A DNA stretch of 63,995 nt, counting the filler, from a bacterium (GTDB taxonomy: Bacteria; UBA9089; CG2-30-40-21; SBAY01): assembly GCA_040757115.1 (NCBI GenBank). It is 8 parts of 8 records of this genome, joined end to end, with 100 filler letters (N's around TTAATTAATTAA, not from the genome) between each part and the next. Parts side by side here need not be neighbours in the genome. Positions count along the whole stretch, not along the records: positions 50,114 to 55,429 come from JBFLYA010000257.1; positions 55,530 to 60,829 come from JBFLYA010000258.1; 6 more parts are not named here. One strand, written 5' to 3'. Under the pieces are notes generated by a model that saw only the letters and a list, made by a program, of their open reading frames with translations, ran no database searches and was not told the DNA's origin. Positions 51,075 to 60,484 of the stretch are shown here, in pieces. The translations under genes were made by a program, and so were the position numbers. Within the stretch, counting starts at the first letter, position 1, and every line of letters begins with the position of its first letter.

Positions 51075-51780
51075 GGTAAAAGCCTTGTTGATTGGAGGGC
51101 AGGCATGTATTCTTTATGGAGCAGCAGAATTTAGCCGTGACATTGACATAACAATTATGCTCTCTCCTGAAAATCTTAAAAATCTCAAGATTGCTTTAGA
51201 TGACCTTAAGGCTGAAAGAATTTTTGTCCCTGATATTTCTGAAGAGATATTATTGAAAGGGCATGCCTGTCATTTTCGATGTCAGAGAGAAGATATAAAA
51301 GGGTTGAGGATTGATATTATAGGGATAATGCGGGGGGTAAGTTCCTTTCCTGAGTTATGGAAACATCGAGAAGAGGTTGAGTTACCTGAAATAGGAAAAG
51401 TAGCCGTAATAGGTCTTCCTGAGCTTGTTAAGGCTAAGAAAACCCAGCGAGATAAAGATTGGTTAATGATTAGACGCCTAATTGAAGGAGATATTTATAG
51501 GGCATCTGTTAATCCACCACAAGACAAAGTATGTTTCTGGCTCCTTGAATGTAGAACACCAGAATTGTTAATATCATTGGCTAACAAATATACTCTTATT
51601 GCTTCGCAACTGGTGGAAAGACATCCACTTTTGCAATTTGCTATTGAAGGTAAGAGAGAGGAAATTCAAAAGCTTCTACGGGAAGAAGAGGATAAAGAAA
51701 GAATTCTCGACCAGCAATATTGGGCGCCACTGAAAGCCGAACTGGAGGTATGGCGACATAACATCGATAAGAACAGGTAA
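51025..51780 (+). CDS. Nucleotidyltransferase-fold protein (TA-like)
   Basis: LLIGGQAC..YG..EFSRDIDI (GG...DxD), LVKAKKTQRDKD; start moved to ATG 51025. Confidence 0.8.
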   Translation: MSQSPIARVLSTFLKHKVKALLIGGQACILYGAAEFSRDIDITIMLSPENLKNLKIALDDLKAERIFVPDISEEILLKGHACHFRCQREDIKGLRIDIIGIMRGVSSFPELWKHREEVELPEIGKVAVIGLPELVKAKKTQRDKDWLMIRRLIEGDIYRASVNPPQDKVCFWLLECRTPELLISLANKYTLIASQLVERHPLLQFAIEGKREEIQKLLREEEDKERILDQQYWAPLKAELEVWRHNIDKNR

Positions 51781-51951
51781 TAGTTCACGACACATAAATT
51801 AATGGTTTATCTCTAACAATTTTCGATTTTTAATTTCAAAGTAACTATTCTGCCACTGATTAACACGGATTAGCACGGGAATGTTGGGGTCAGACCGTGA
51901 ATGTTGAATGTAGAAGAAACTGCTTTCTACATTCAAGGTCTGACCCTAATC

Positions 51952-53079
51952 CTACAACTCTCTGTATCTTTCAATCTGATTACTGTATGCCGGATGTTTG
52001 TCCTTAAAACGATGAAGATCAAAGAGCACCAGGTGCTTGATGTCTGCTTTTGTCGCTATCTCAATTGCCTTTGCCTCCTGGGCATATTTATCTGCCTCCT
52101 CCTGTCTGCCTGAAAGAAAATGAGTCACAGAAAGGCTTAACAGGGCGTAATATCTCTTTTCCTCAATACTGTAGAGTGACACAGCTTCTCTTCCTGCCTC
52201 AAAAAACCAAACACCATTATTCTTATCAAGCTTTGCAATGTTATCATCATTAATCAGACTCACAAGCCTGTCCTGGTATCTAACTGCCATGTCAAGATCA
52301 CCCATCAACCAGTAGGCAATTGCTATCTCACAGTATGTCAGGAGAAATTCATAATCCAGGGTCAGGATCAGTTGGTAATTCTCTATGGCATTGCGATAAT
52401 CCCCTTTTTTCAGGTAAAGGTAAGCCAGATTATCCAGGTAATGCTCATTCCATTTGGAAAGACGCACTGCCTGTTTGTACATCTTAAGGGCATCTTCTGT
52501 TTTGTTTTGCTTCTGATAGATAATTCCCAATCCAAAATAGGCTGAGGCTGTTTCTGTGGCAGATTTCAGGGCTTTTTTATAGTACCCCTCAGCCATTGCC
52601 ATATTATCTAAGCTGGCATAGAGATCACCCATCAGGACAAGGGCATGGGGGTCTTCCCTGTCCTCTTCTAAAATAAATTCAATCTGCCTTTCAACAACCT
52701 CAGGGATATAATCCTCCCCCCTCATGTATTCATACACTTCTGTTTTAAAGATACCCATCTGTGCCTCAGGGTTCATCTTATCCAGATTCAGAACATTATT
52801 AAATTCCCTTTTTGCGGCTTTGTAGCGGCTGTTGTCGAGAAAGGATTTGCCAAGTTTAAGATGGCGTTTTACCATCTCCTTCTGATTCTTTAGCTTGGCT
52901 AACTTTTCATCATATTCAGCCTGTTCCACGGCAATTCTTTTCAGGGGATGAAATATCGATACCTTATATATAACCCCTGCTATCAACATGGCAATAATAG
53001 AAAGGGATACACAAAGTACCGGTAAATGGGTATTTATCCAATTGATAGTTTTTGATGTTTTTTGAAGGATATTGTTCAT
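51952..53079 (-). CDS. Membrane-anchored TPR protein
   Basis: N-terminal TM and several TPR units (A...YKKAL, YFGLG.IY..Q.K.EDAL..Y.QA). Confidence 0.85.
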   Translation of the reverse strand: MNNILQKTSKTINWINTHLPVLCVSLSIIAMLIAGVIYKVSIFHPLKRIAVEQAEYDEKLAKLKNQKEMVKRHLKLGKSFLDNSRYKAAKREFNNVLNLDKMNPEAQMGIFKTEVYEYMRGEDYIPEVVERQIEFILEEDREDPHALVLMGDLYASLDNMAMAEGYYKKALKSATETASAYFGLGIIYQKQNKTEDALKMYKQAVRLSKWNEHYLDNLAYLYLKKGDYRNAIENYQLILTLDYEFLLTYCEIAIAYWLMGDLDMAVRYQDRLVSLINDDNIAKLDKNNGVWFFEAGREAVSLYSIEEKRYYALLSLSVTHFLSGRQEEADKYAQEAKAIEIATKADIKHLVLFDLHRFKDKHPAYSNQIERYREL

Positions 53080-53188
53080 AGTTTTTCAAGTTAAGCTGTT
53101 CGTCGTAACCCGGTTTAGCGGGTGCTCTCAGCAGAAACAACCGCATAAATGCGGTTACTACGAACAAACTTTCAAATTCCTACCAGCA

Positions 53189-55429
53189 TTAACGCCCTTC
53201 TATGTTGGCAATCGCGAAGAAATCACCCGTGATATTTCGCATGGGAATCTGCTCAAATCCCCACCGCTTTTTGGTAATTTTAGGAACTTCTTCCCTTACA
53301 AAGTCTGAAAGCTCATCAATGGTTATAAGGCCATCTTTCTTACTCTCTGCCATTCCCATTATACCCTGCAAGAGAGTATAGGTGAATACACCGTGGCCGT
53401 TATATCCTTCGGTTGCTTGCTGTGTATCAGTGGTAGCGGCAAGGCAGGCGCGGCCTGTAGCACGCATCAGTCTGTCAATAGCGGTCTTCTCTTCCATCCC
53501 ACGCATCTCCCCGGCAAAAATTCCGGCATAGCAGGTGTCAAGAATGATCAGGCTCTTAAGGGCAGGTATCTCTTCAAGCAAGGATGTGATTTTTTCAGAA
53601 GAAAGGCTGGCCTTCTTCAGGGTTTCCCTGTTTTCATAGACCGCTTCATAAGGGACGAAATAGTAATCCCCCTCACTCCCCATACCATGCCCGGCCAGAT
53701 AGAGAACAAAGACATCACTCGTTTTGACCTTTTTGGAGAGTGTTCTAAATGCCTTCTCAATATTTGTAGTGTTCGCCTCTTCGTTTATCAGAGGTTTAAT
53801 CTCTATATCCCTGAACAGTCCCTTTCCACTCTTCTTTAATTCACGGGCAATTGTCTGAGCATCGGTATGGGCAAACTTGAGTTTCAACGCCCTGTCTCTG
53901 TAGTCTGTAATGCCCACAGCCAGCACATAAAGGCAGGGGGCATCCTTAAGTGGGTCGTTCACTATAATGGTGATCTCTTCAGGCTTTGAGGCGATATTGC
54001 CCTGCTTGTTATAGGATGTTACTGAAATGGTGTTTGTTCCATGATTAAGGGTGAATTTCTTAGGTATTACACCCGATGGGCGGCTGATTTCGAGACCTGC
54101 AGGGCGGGTCTCTTCTACAGAGGAAGCCACCAGCACACCGTTTACCCGGTACTCAGTCCTTCCAATGCCGCCTCCCCTGTCACTTAGAGAAAAGTCAAGG
54201 GTAAAGTCCCTGGTGTTTATCCGGGTATCCTTTGAAAGAATCTCTACCACAGGCGGCAGGCCTGAGGCAATGAGTTTATCTATGCTGCCGATTCTATCAA
54301 GCTCTGCCCGGATTTGCCTGTCATATCCACCCTGAATCCTTTTAGCTACCAGGTCAGGCCGGTAAAAGAGGTCATAAACCTGCTCCACGCTTACATAATC
54401 AGATTCCCTGTCCTGTCCGCGATTGATATGATAGCCCACATAGCGGGCACCGCCTTTAGATGAGGTGAAAAAACCATCAGGGCTCCAGGCCACCCACTGT
54501 CGGTCAGTGCCATAAAACAGGGTCATAAGCAGCCTCCCTGTCTTTACCTCCCAGAGCATTACTGTCTGATCATTTGAGCCTGACACAAGAAGCCTTCCAT
54601 CAGGGGATACGGCCACAGCCCATACATCACTGGTGTGGCCAATAAACTGCTGTAGTTCCCTGCCTGTTTGGGTATCGTATGAGGTAAGGACACCGTTATC
54701 ACCTCCACTGATGACTGTTTTTCCATCAGCGGTGAGGGTAAGACTCAGATGCCTGTCGCCAGTAGTGGGATCTCTAGTGATTTCATGGATGACCTCGCCA
54801 TCTTTCAGTATTTGGAGGGTTGGGTGAATCATTCCGTCTTCTGTGCCTATGGAGATAGTGCCGAGCTTTTCTATGGCTCTTATATAGCCATCAGCTTCTG
54901 AGGAGTCAGGCCCGGGGCACAAATCACCGGTTAGACCGTTGATGATGAAGCTTTTTTCAAGGGGGCCATATTCAAACAAACTCTTCTGTTCATATATATT
55001 CCCCCAGGCAATAGCCCTTCCATCCCTGGAAAAGCCCACACTCCAGACACACCGGCCATTGCCAATTAGCTTCTTCATTGCCTTACCGGTCATTAAGTCC
55101 CAGAGCCATATCTCATTATCACTACCTCCGCCTGTGGCCGCAATAGAGCCGTCAGGTGAGATGGCTGTGGCAATGACAATGTTTGTGTGCCCCGCAAAGC
55201 TTGAGATGCTCTTGCCTGAGGGGATGGAGAAGACATTAACAGTATATCCGCTACCATATCCACAGCCAGTAAGCACATATTTCCCATCCGGTGAAACAGT
55301 CAGGCTGTCAACAGTTGTTTCCTGCCTGGCAAGCACCTTAATAAACCTGCCTGTTCTGCCGTCCCAGAGGCGGATGGTTTTATCATCACTGCCTGAAAGG
55401 ATGTATCTGCCATCAGGTGTAAAGGCAGC
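53189..55429 (-). CDS. WD40-repeat caspase-family (peptidase C14) protein, 5' end lost in the gap
   Basis: GH...V.AVAVSPDG..LVSGSND.TV.LW repeats; caspase dyad LAGHG and LDTCYAG; frame continues upstream of 55336 to the gap. Confidence 0.92.
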   Translation of the reverse strand, partial: AAFTPDGRYILSGSDDKTIRLWDGRTGRFIKVLARQETTVDSLTVSPDGKYVLTGCGYGSGYTVNVFSIPSGKSISSFAGHTNIVIATAISPDGSIAATGGGSDNEIWLWDLMTGKAMKKLIGNGRCVWSVGFSRDGRAIAWGNIYEQKSLFEYGPLEKSFIINGLTGDLCPGPDSSEADGYIRAIEKLGTISIGTEDGMIHPTLQILKDGEVIHEITRDPTTGDRHLSLTLTADGKTVISGGDNGVLTSYDTQTGRELQQFIGHTSDVWAVAVSPDGRLLVSGSNDQTVMLWEVKTGRLLMTLFYGTDRQWVAWSPDGFFTSSKGGARYVGYHINRGQDRESDYVSVEQVYDLFYRPDLVAKRIQGGYDRQIRAELDRIGSIDKLIASGLPPVVEILSKDTRINTRDFTLDFSLSDRGGGIGRTEYRVNGVLVASSVEETRPAGLEISRPSGVIPKKFTLNHGTNTISVTSYNKQGNIASKPEEITIIVNDPLKDAPCLYVLAVGITDYRDRALKLKFAHTDAQTIARELKKSGKGLFRDIEIKPLINEEANTTNIEKAFRTLSKKVKTSDVFVLYLAGHGMGSEGDYYFVPYEAVYENRETLKKASLSSEKITSLLEEIPALKSLIILDTCYAGIFAGEMRGMEEKTAIDRLMRATGRACLAATTDTQQATEGYNGHGVFTYTLLQGIMGMAESKKDGLITIDELSDFVREEVPKITKKRWGFEQIPMRNITGDFFAIANIEGR

Positions 55430-55581
55430 NNNNNNNNNNNNNNNNNNNNNNNNNNNNNNNNNNNNNNNNNNNNTTAATTAATTAANNNNNNNNNNNNNNN
55501 NNNNNNNNNNNNNNNNNNNNNNNNNNNNNTTATCTCCTTATCCCCTTTCTTACACTTTTGATATATAGCCTGAACGGTTAC

Positions 55582-55598
55582 CCCACAAGTTCCTCCAT
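55582..55598 (-). pseudogene. First codons (MEELV...) of the gene after cas6, cut by a MITE end
   Basis: ATG 3 nt after the cas6 stop, with GGAGGTGG upstream; GTAACCGTTCAG TIR follows after 17 nt. Confidence 0.4.
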
Positions 55599-55601
55599 AG
55601 T

Positions 55602-56375
55602 TCACACCACCTCCACCATCCCAAATCCTTGATTTCGTCTGAAGCCAAGCCCGAGTTGGTAGATTTTATATAAGTCATCCGGATTACCTTTTAGAATGAA
55701 CTTACCTTTAAATCCGATAAGTTTCATTGGTACTTTAGTTTTTAGATGGTCGCTAATGGTATATTTGATGACCTCTTTTTTTAAGTCAACCGGGATAAAT
55801 TCCAATTGGGTAATATTAAGTTCTTTCAGGCTAAAGATAAGTTCCTTAAGAAATCGAGATTCATCAAAGGAGATAGTATTTTCGGGACCAGAAAAGCGGC
55901 TGATTTTATTCTTTGTTTGTGGATGTAAAACAGGCTTTTTGTCTTTGTCAACAACAATGATGGGTGACATAGTTTTAAAACAAATCTCTCCTTGAGTAAA
56001 ATAGGTCTTATTTTTTTCATTGAGAGGAAAGATATTAATTAGATGAAGAGTTTCGTCAAGAGGAAAATCCATAGTTTTTACTTTAAGTAATCCATTATAA
56101 ATCTTTATACCAGTGGCTTGTGGGTCTTCTGAGATATTCAGAGTAGAAAGATAGAGTCTGGTATTGCGTCTTATTGTTAGAATATCAGCCGAGATTTGGA
56201 CACACTCAAAGAAGACACTAAAACAGAACGGTTTGGTCTGGTGATGGTTAGATAAATAAAATTGTTCATATAATTCCGCAGATTCTTGTTTAATTGCCTC
56301 TTTTATCAGGCTAAAAAAACAAGACCGATACTCTATAGGTAATTTATCAATCTTATAAACAACCCCTATCCTCAT
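55602..56375 (-). CDS. cas6: CRISPR-associated endoribonuclease Cas6
   Basis: SLIKEAI...KPFCFSV, FKTMSPI, C-terminal glycine loop GLGFRRNQGFGMVEV; start moved to ATG 56375. Confidence 0.9.
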   Translation of the reverse strand: MRIGVVYKIDKLPIEYRSCFFSLIKEAIKQESAELYEQFYLSNHHQTKPFCFSVFFECVQISADILTIRRNTRLYLSTLNISEDPQATGIKIYNGLLKVKTMDFPLDETLHLINIFPLNEKNKTYFTQGEICFKTMSPIIVVDKDKKPVLHPQTKNKISRFSGPENTISFDESRFLKELIFSLKELNITQLEFIPVDLKKEVIKYTISDHLKTKVPMKLIGFKGKFILKGNPDDLYKIYQLGLGFRRNQGFGMVEVV

Positions 56376-56382
56376 ATTGAAT

Positions 56383-56411
56383 ATTATACCAGAGTTTATC
56401 ATAAAAGGCAA
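56383..56411 (-). promoter_or_regulatory. Sigma70 promoter of cas6 (leaderless)
   Basis: TTGCCT-17-TATAAT with TG extension; ATG 7 nt downstream. Confidence 0.65.
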
Positions 56412-56813
56412 GTGTCATTTGTGTGAAACTGTGATTCAGACAGTAGACTATAGACATCAGACCTCAGACTAAAGCGGGCAGAAATTGCAGAAGAATGAAG
56501 GCTTGAAAGACCTACCTATACTTCTGTAGTCTGGACTTTCGTAAATTTTATGCTACTATTGAGGCTATCTAAAATTCTCTTTATCCTTATCAATCTGTTT
56601 ATTTTGCTCAAAGATGGTAAAATTAGGTTCAAAAGCCTGATGATTTTTTTGCAACTTATCCTTTGAAGTTGAGTTGATAAAAAATGCTTCACCTATTTTC
56701 TTCCCTTTATCTCCTTTGCGGTAACCGTTCAGCCACAGAGGCACAGAGTTCACAGAGAATTAGAGAAATTAGCCACAAATGGACACGAATTAACCTGTGA
56801 CATTCGATAAATG

Positions 56814-57264
56814 GTAACCGTTCAGGTAATCCTTTACCGCAGAGACGCAGAGAAACAGAGAGAAAAATATCTTTTTTTCGTGTTTTTCGCGTTTTTCGGT
56901 GTTTAAAAAGGCTTAAAAACAGTTATAGCGGTTATTAACTGGAAGTCTACATAGGATAATACCCATAAATAAGGCATGAGAATAATCGTTCCGTTAGGAA
57001 CATAATATCGGTAGGAATAGATAGACAAATCAATCATTCTACCAATATATTGTCCCTATGGGACATTATTTGTATGATATTTATTTCTACCAATATATTG
57101 TCCCTATGGGACATTAAATGAAGCAAAGCCCAAAACTACAACTAAAAATTTCTCCATCAGTCGCAATAAATCTCAATGAATCTATTAGTTTTAAGGTTTT
57201 GAGTTTTGACATTTGGGTTTTGAGTTGATATTGTCCCATCAGAGGGACACGGCTGAACGCTTAC
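56814..57264. mobile_element. Nested IS66-type-end MITE with 8-bp target duplication
   Basis: GTAACCGTTCAG...CTGAACGCTTAC flanked by GATAAATG (56806-56813 and 57265-57272). Confidence 0.88.
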
Positions 57265-57343
57265 GATAAATGTAGTGCGAACCATTAGGTTCGCTTTCCT
57301 GCTTGCCAGAAGCGAGGCTAAAGTCTCGCACTACAAATCTTTT

Positions 57344-57521
57344 CGACCTGTGCGGTTAAATGTAAAATGGATAATGTAAAATGAGAAATGTAAAATGTAT
57401 AACTGAAAGGTAATGAGTCTTGCGAAGTCCTAAAATTTCCCATTTTTCATTTCCTATTTTACATTTTACATTTATTTTTCCTTTGCGTCTCTGCGATGAA
57501 TTAGTCTAATCGCACAGGTCG
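57344..57521. mobile_element. Nested CGACCTGTGCG-end MITE with 8-bp target duplication
   Basis: Flanked by AATCTTTT (57336-57343 and 57522-57529); inverted homolog of 35720-35884. Confidence 0.88.
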
Positions 57522-57838
57522 AATCTTTTTATTATTCGTGTTCATTCGTGGTTATATATTCCCTCTGTGTTCTCTGTGACTCTGTGGCTATATCCCTGAA
57601 CGGTTACCCTTTGCGTTACTACTTTGTGCCCTTTGTGGTTTATCCTTTTTTTTAACCGCAAAGAACGCAAAGATTAAATGAGAAAGGAATCATAGAAAAT
57701 TCACGAAACTCCAGATAGGATAATACCCATAAATAAGGCATGAGAATAATCGTTCCGTTAGGAACATAATATCGGTAGGAATAGATAGACAGATCAATTA
57801 GTTCCGTAGGAACGATATATTGATCAGTAGAAAAAAAG

Positions 57839-57867
57839 TTGACAATATTTAAGGACTTTGTTATAAT
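57839..57867 (+). promoter_or_regulatory. Consensus sigma70 promoter reading into the recombinase remnant and cassette array
   Basis: TTGACA-17-TATAAT with TG extension; ATG at 57874, 6 nt downstream. Confidence 0.8.
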
Positions 57868-57873
57868 GAAATT

Positions 57874-58210
57874 ATGAAAGGTGTAGAAATTAAGAAGGGA
57901 ACAGATGGTAGAGTAATAATTACTTCCCCTTATAAATCCTGACTATGTTGCCAAGATGAAGACTATTAAGGAACATTGGTGGCATTCTGATAAGAAATAT
58001 TGGAGCTTTCCAGATAAAGATGAAATTTTAGAGAAGATCTTCAAAATCTTTGAAGGCGAAGAAATCTATTTAAATTCGGCCTTACACACCGGATTTTCTA
58101 ATGCTGTCATTACGAAGGCTGAAAGCCCGAAGCTATCTCAAATCTATTATACTTCACGCATAACACAACATCACAATTTTGAAGACCTGCGTAGAGAACT
58201 TGTTTCAAGG
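57874..58210 (+). pseudogene. N-terminal remnant of a tyrosine recombinase/integron-integrase-like protein (frameshifted, truncated by a MITE)
   Basis: MKGVEIKKGTDGRVIITSPY/NPDYVAKMKTIKEHWWHSDKKYWSFP...HNFEDLRRELVSR. From memory this resembles the extra N-domain plus the start of the SAM-like domain of XerD-like integrases. The catalytic domain is absent. Confidence 0.6.
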
Positions 58211-58360
58211 GGAACCGTTCAGGTAGTCTGGTGTCTAAGTGTCTGAGGTACATAGACTACCAGACACATAGACACCCTTTACGCAAAATTGTAGGATTTG
58301 TGACTATCCTGATTTCCTGGATGTTAACTGATTGCTGATACCTGATGGTTGAACGCTTAC
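58211..58360. mobile_element. IS66-type-end MITE replacing the recombinase 3' part
   Basis: GGAACCGTTCAG...TTGAACGCTTAC; no matching 8-bp flanks, consistent with an adjacent deletion. Confidence 0.65.
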
Positions 58361-58427
58361 AAGGCAAGATAGTAATAAATAAGAGAATTGGTAAAGAAAA
58401 ACAATCTTTGGCACTTCAGCCAGAGTT

Positions 58428-58504
58428 AATATAAACGAAATATTTCGTTTAGCCTCCCAAATTGGGAGCATAAACGAACTTGTTCGGTTATGAATAAGTT
58501 ATAT
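58428..58504 (+). other. Putative attI-like primary recombination site
   Basis: ATAAACGAA direct repeats and inverted TTCGTTTA/TTCGGTTAT boxes ending at GTTATATG, where cassette 1 begins. Confidence 0.5.
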
Positions 58505-58549
58505 GAAATTCGGCAACATAAAAAGATTGTGAAGTTAAGGTAATCTATA

Positions 58550-59029
58550 ATGGAGAGAAAAGAAAAGTTGAAATTATATCTGGAAACAACTATTCCTAAT
58601 TATAAATTTGCTGATGATACTCCAAGAGAAAGAGATATTACCAAACAGTTCCTGCAAAGGGTTACCAGGGGAGATTACAGAGTATTTATATCTGAACTTG
58701 TAACAAGGGAGATTGAAAAAACTTCTGATTTAGCCAAGAGAAAAAAATTACTTGATGTTGTCTCGGGGATAGCGGTGCTTCCTATCACTCACGAAAGCAA
58801 AGAATTAGGGAAGGCTTATGTCTCTTTAGGCATTATTCCACCACGATATGAACCTGATGGTATACATTTGGCAATAGCAACCCTCAATGAGATGGATGTA
58901 TTGGTTACTTGGAATATGGAACATTTAGCCAATTCTGAAACGAGGATCAGTGTTAGAGAAGAGAACCTAAAAAGAGGACTAAAGGTGATAGATATAGCAA
59001 CGCCAGAGGAGGTGATGGCAAGTGGATAG
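58550..59029 (+). CDS. PIN-domain (VapC-like) protein, cassette 1
   Basis: LYLETTIP, ISELVTREI, D.IHLAIA...DVLVTWN..H. Confidence 0.88.
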   Translation: MERKEKLKLYLETTIPNYKFADDTPRERDITKQFLQRVTRGDYRVFISELVTREIEKTSDLAKRKKLLDVVSGIAVLPITHESKELGKAYVSLGIIPPRYEPDGIHLAIATLNEMDVLVTWNMEHLANSETRISVREENLKRGLKVIDIATPEEVMASG

Positions 59030-59219
59030 ACCTTTGTGGAAATCAGTTGTCTTCGATGATCTCCACCATATCCGAGAGGAATTGACTAAGGAAATGAGTA
59101 ATATAACCACAAGAGAGGATATGGAGAGGTGGAGAAAGCAAGACATCGAAAGATTAAAAAAAGACGGTTATAAATATGAAAAGATCTCTGAGGGCTATAA
59201 TGTTCTTCGCCGTATTTGA
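59022..59219 (+). CDS. Small partner protein (putative antitoxin), cassette 1
   Basis: Overlaps the PIN stop; GGAGG RBS; D..H.IRE.L..E motif. Confidence 0.75.
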   Translation: MDRPLWKSVVFDDLHHIREELTKEMSNITTREDMERWRKQDIERLKKDGYKYEKISEGYNVLRRI

Positions 59220-59241
59220 TAAAAACATGTTGCCGAACTTC

Positions 59242-59324
59242 ACATAACACGGTGTTTGTGGTTCGCTACGCTTACCCAAATGCTCGCTTCCGCTCGCACT
59301 TCACAAACACCGGAACCGTTGTGC
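59242..59324 (+). other. attC-like cassette recombination site 1
   Basis: TAAC-A-CGGTGTTTGTG...CCAAA...CTT-CACAAACACCG-GAACC-GTT. Confidence 0.75.
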
Positions 59325-59356
59325 GAAATTCCAGCCAACTAAGGTGAAAGAAAAAT

Positions 59357-60118
59357 ATGTCTACTATGTACGACAATCCAAAATATTATGAAATAGCTTT
59401 TTCCTTTCGAGATATTCCTGTTGAAGTTGATGTGTTTGAAAAGTGTATCAAGCTTTTTTCTCAGATCCCAGTAAAATCTGTCTTGGAATTAGGATGTGGA
59501 AATAGTCCTCATATGGAAGAACTTATCAAAAGGGGATACCAATATACTGGGCTTGACTTAAGCAAAGCCATGCTGGAGTATAGCAGACAAAAAACTTTAC
59601 GCATTGGTGCAGAGGCAAATCTCATTTATGGAAACATGGTAGATTTTTCTCTTGAAACATTAGTCGATTTTGTATACATTAATCTTGGTTCTTTGTATGT
59701 CAAGAATACATCAGAGCTTATGACACATTTTAATTCGGTCTCTGCGATATTGAAGAAAGGCGGTTTATATCTGCTCGACTGGTGCATTCAATTTAGTCCA
59801 CCATCAGGAAATGGAGAAACTTGGGAGATAGAAAAAGAGGGAATTCGCGTTAAAACTACGGTGAAATCAAAAGTCATAAATCCTGTTGAGCAAACTTTTG
59901 AAGAAACCATCGCCCTTGAAATCGATGATCATGGCAAATATCACATTATTACTGGAAAAAATGTTAAAAGAGCTATCTACCCCCAAGAGTTTTTATGCTT
60001 GGTGTGTAGTCTCAAAGATTTTGAGTTTGTTGGTTGGTGGAATAACTGGGATCTTAGTCAACCATTAGAACAAACGAGCGAGATTAACCGACCAATCACA
60101 CTTGTTCGGAGGATATAA
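59357..60118 (+). CDS. Class I SAM-dependent methyltransferase, cassette 2
   Basis: VLELGCGN, GLDLSKAMLEY, LKKGGLYLLD. Confidence 0.9.
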   Translation: MSTMYDNPKYYEIAFSFRDIPVEVDVFEKCIKLFSQIPVKSVLELGCGNSPHMEELIKRGYQYTGLDLSKAMLEYSRQKTLRIGAEANLIYGNMVDFSLETLVDFVYINLGSLYVKNTSELMTHFNSVSAILKKGGLYLLDWCIQFSPPSGNGETWEIEKEGIRVKTTVKSKVINPVEQTFEETIALEIDDHGKYHIITGKNVKRAIYPQEFLCLVCSLKDFEFVGWWNNWDLSQPLEQTSEINRPITLVRRI

Positions 60119-60150
60119 ATTGCATCACAAAGAAGAATGCTTGGAACTTC

Positions 60151-60232
60151 GCACAACAGCGGATAAAAGGGAAATCAAAGATTTCCCAAATCCCGACAAG
60201 TCGGGACTTCTTTTATCCGCAATCCGTTATAT
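60151..60232 (+). other. attC-like cassette recombination site 2
   Basis: CAAC-A-GCGGATAAAAG...CCAAA...CTT-CTTTTATCCGC-AATCC-GTT. Confidence 0.75.
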
Positions 60233-60265
60233 GAAATTGCAGGCTAAATAAAAGGAGGGATTAAA

Positions 60266-60484
60266 ATGCTCAATACAAATACGGAAATAATTTATAAAGA
60301 AATTTCACAACTTGCAAATAATGAAAAGATGATTCTTCTTTCTAAATTGATGTTGGAAATCTCTGTATATGTAGAAAGAGATCGAAAGTTCAATATTTAT
60401 GATATAAAAGGGGTGGGGAAAGAAATGTGGGAAGGAATAGACGCTCAAGAATATGTTAATAAGGAAAGGGCATCATGGGAATAA
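60266..60484 (+). CDS. Putative antitoxin, cassette 3
   Basis: AGGAGG RBS; I...KGVGKEMWEGIDAQEYVNKERASWE motif typical of PIN partners. Confidence 0.8.
   Translation: MLNTNTEIIYKEISQLANNEKMILLSKLMLEISVYVERDRKFNIYDIKGVGKEMWEGIDAQEYVNKERASWE

Larger units (their letters stand above)
56721..57607. mobile_element. Outer IS66-type-end MITE with 8-bp target duplication
   Basis: GTAACCGTTCAG...CTGAACGGTTAC flanked by CCTTTGCG (56713-56720 and 57608-57615). Confidence 0.88.

Noticed and set aside
53189-56375. Caspase next to cas6 as a CRISPR-linked protease system
   Set aside because: The genes are on different contigs separated by a linker, and contigs appear size-sorted, so adjacency is accidental
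56420-57830. Possible CRISPR array beside cas6
   Set aside because: No constant repeat with unique, regularly sized spacers; the region resolves into nested MITEs and short-period repeats
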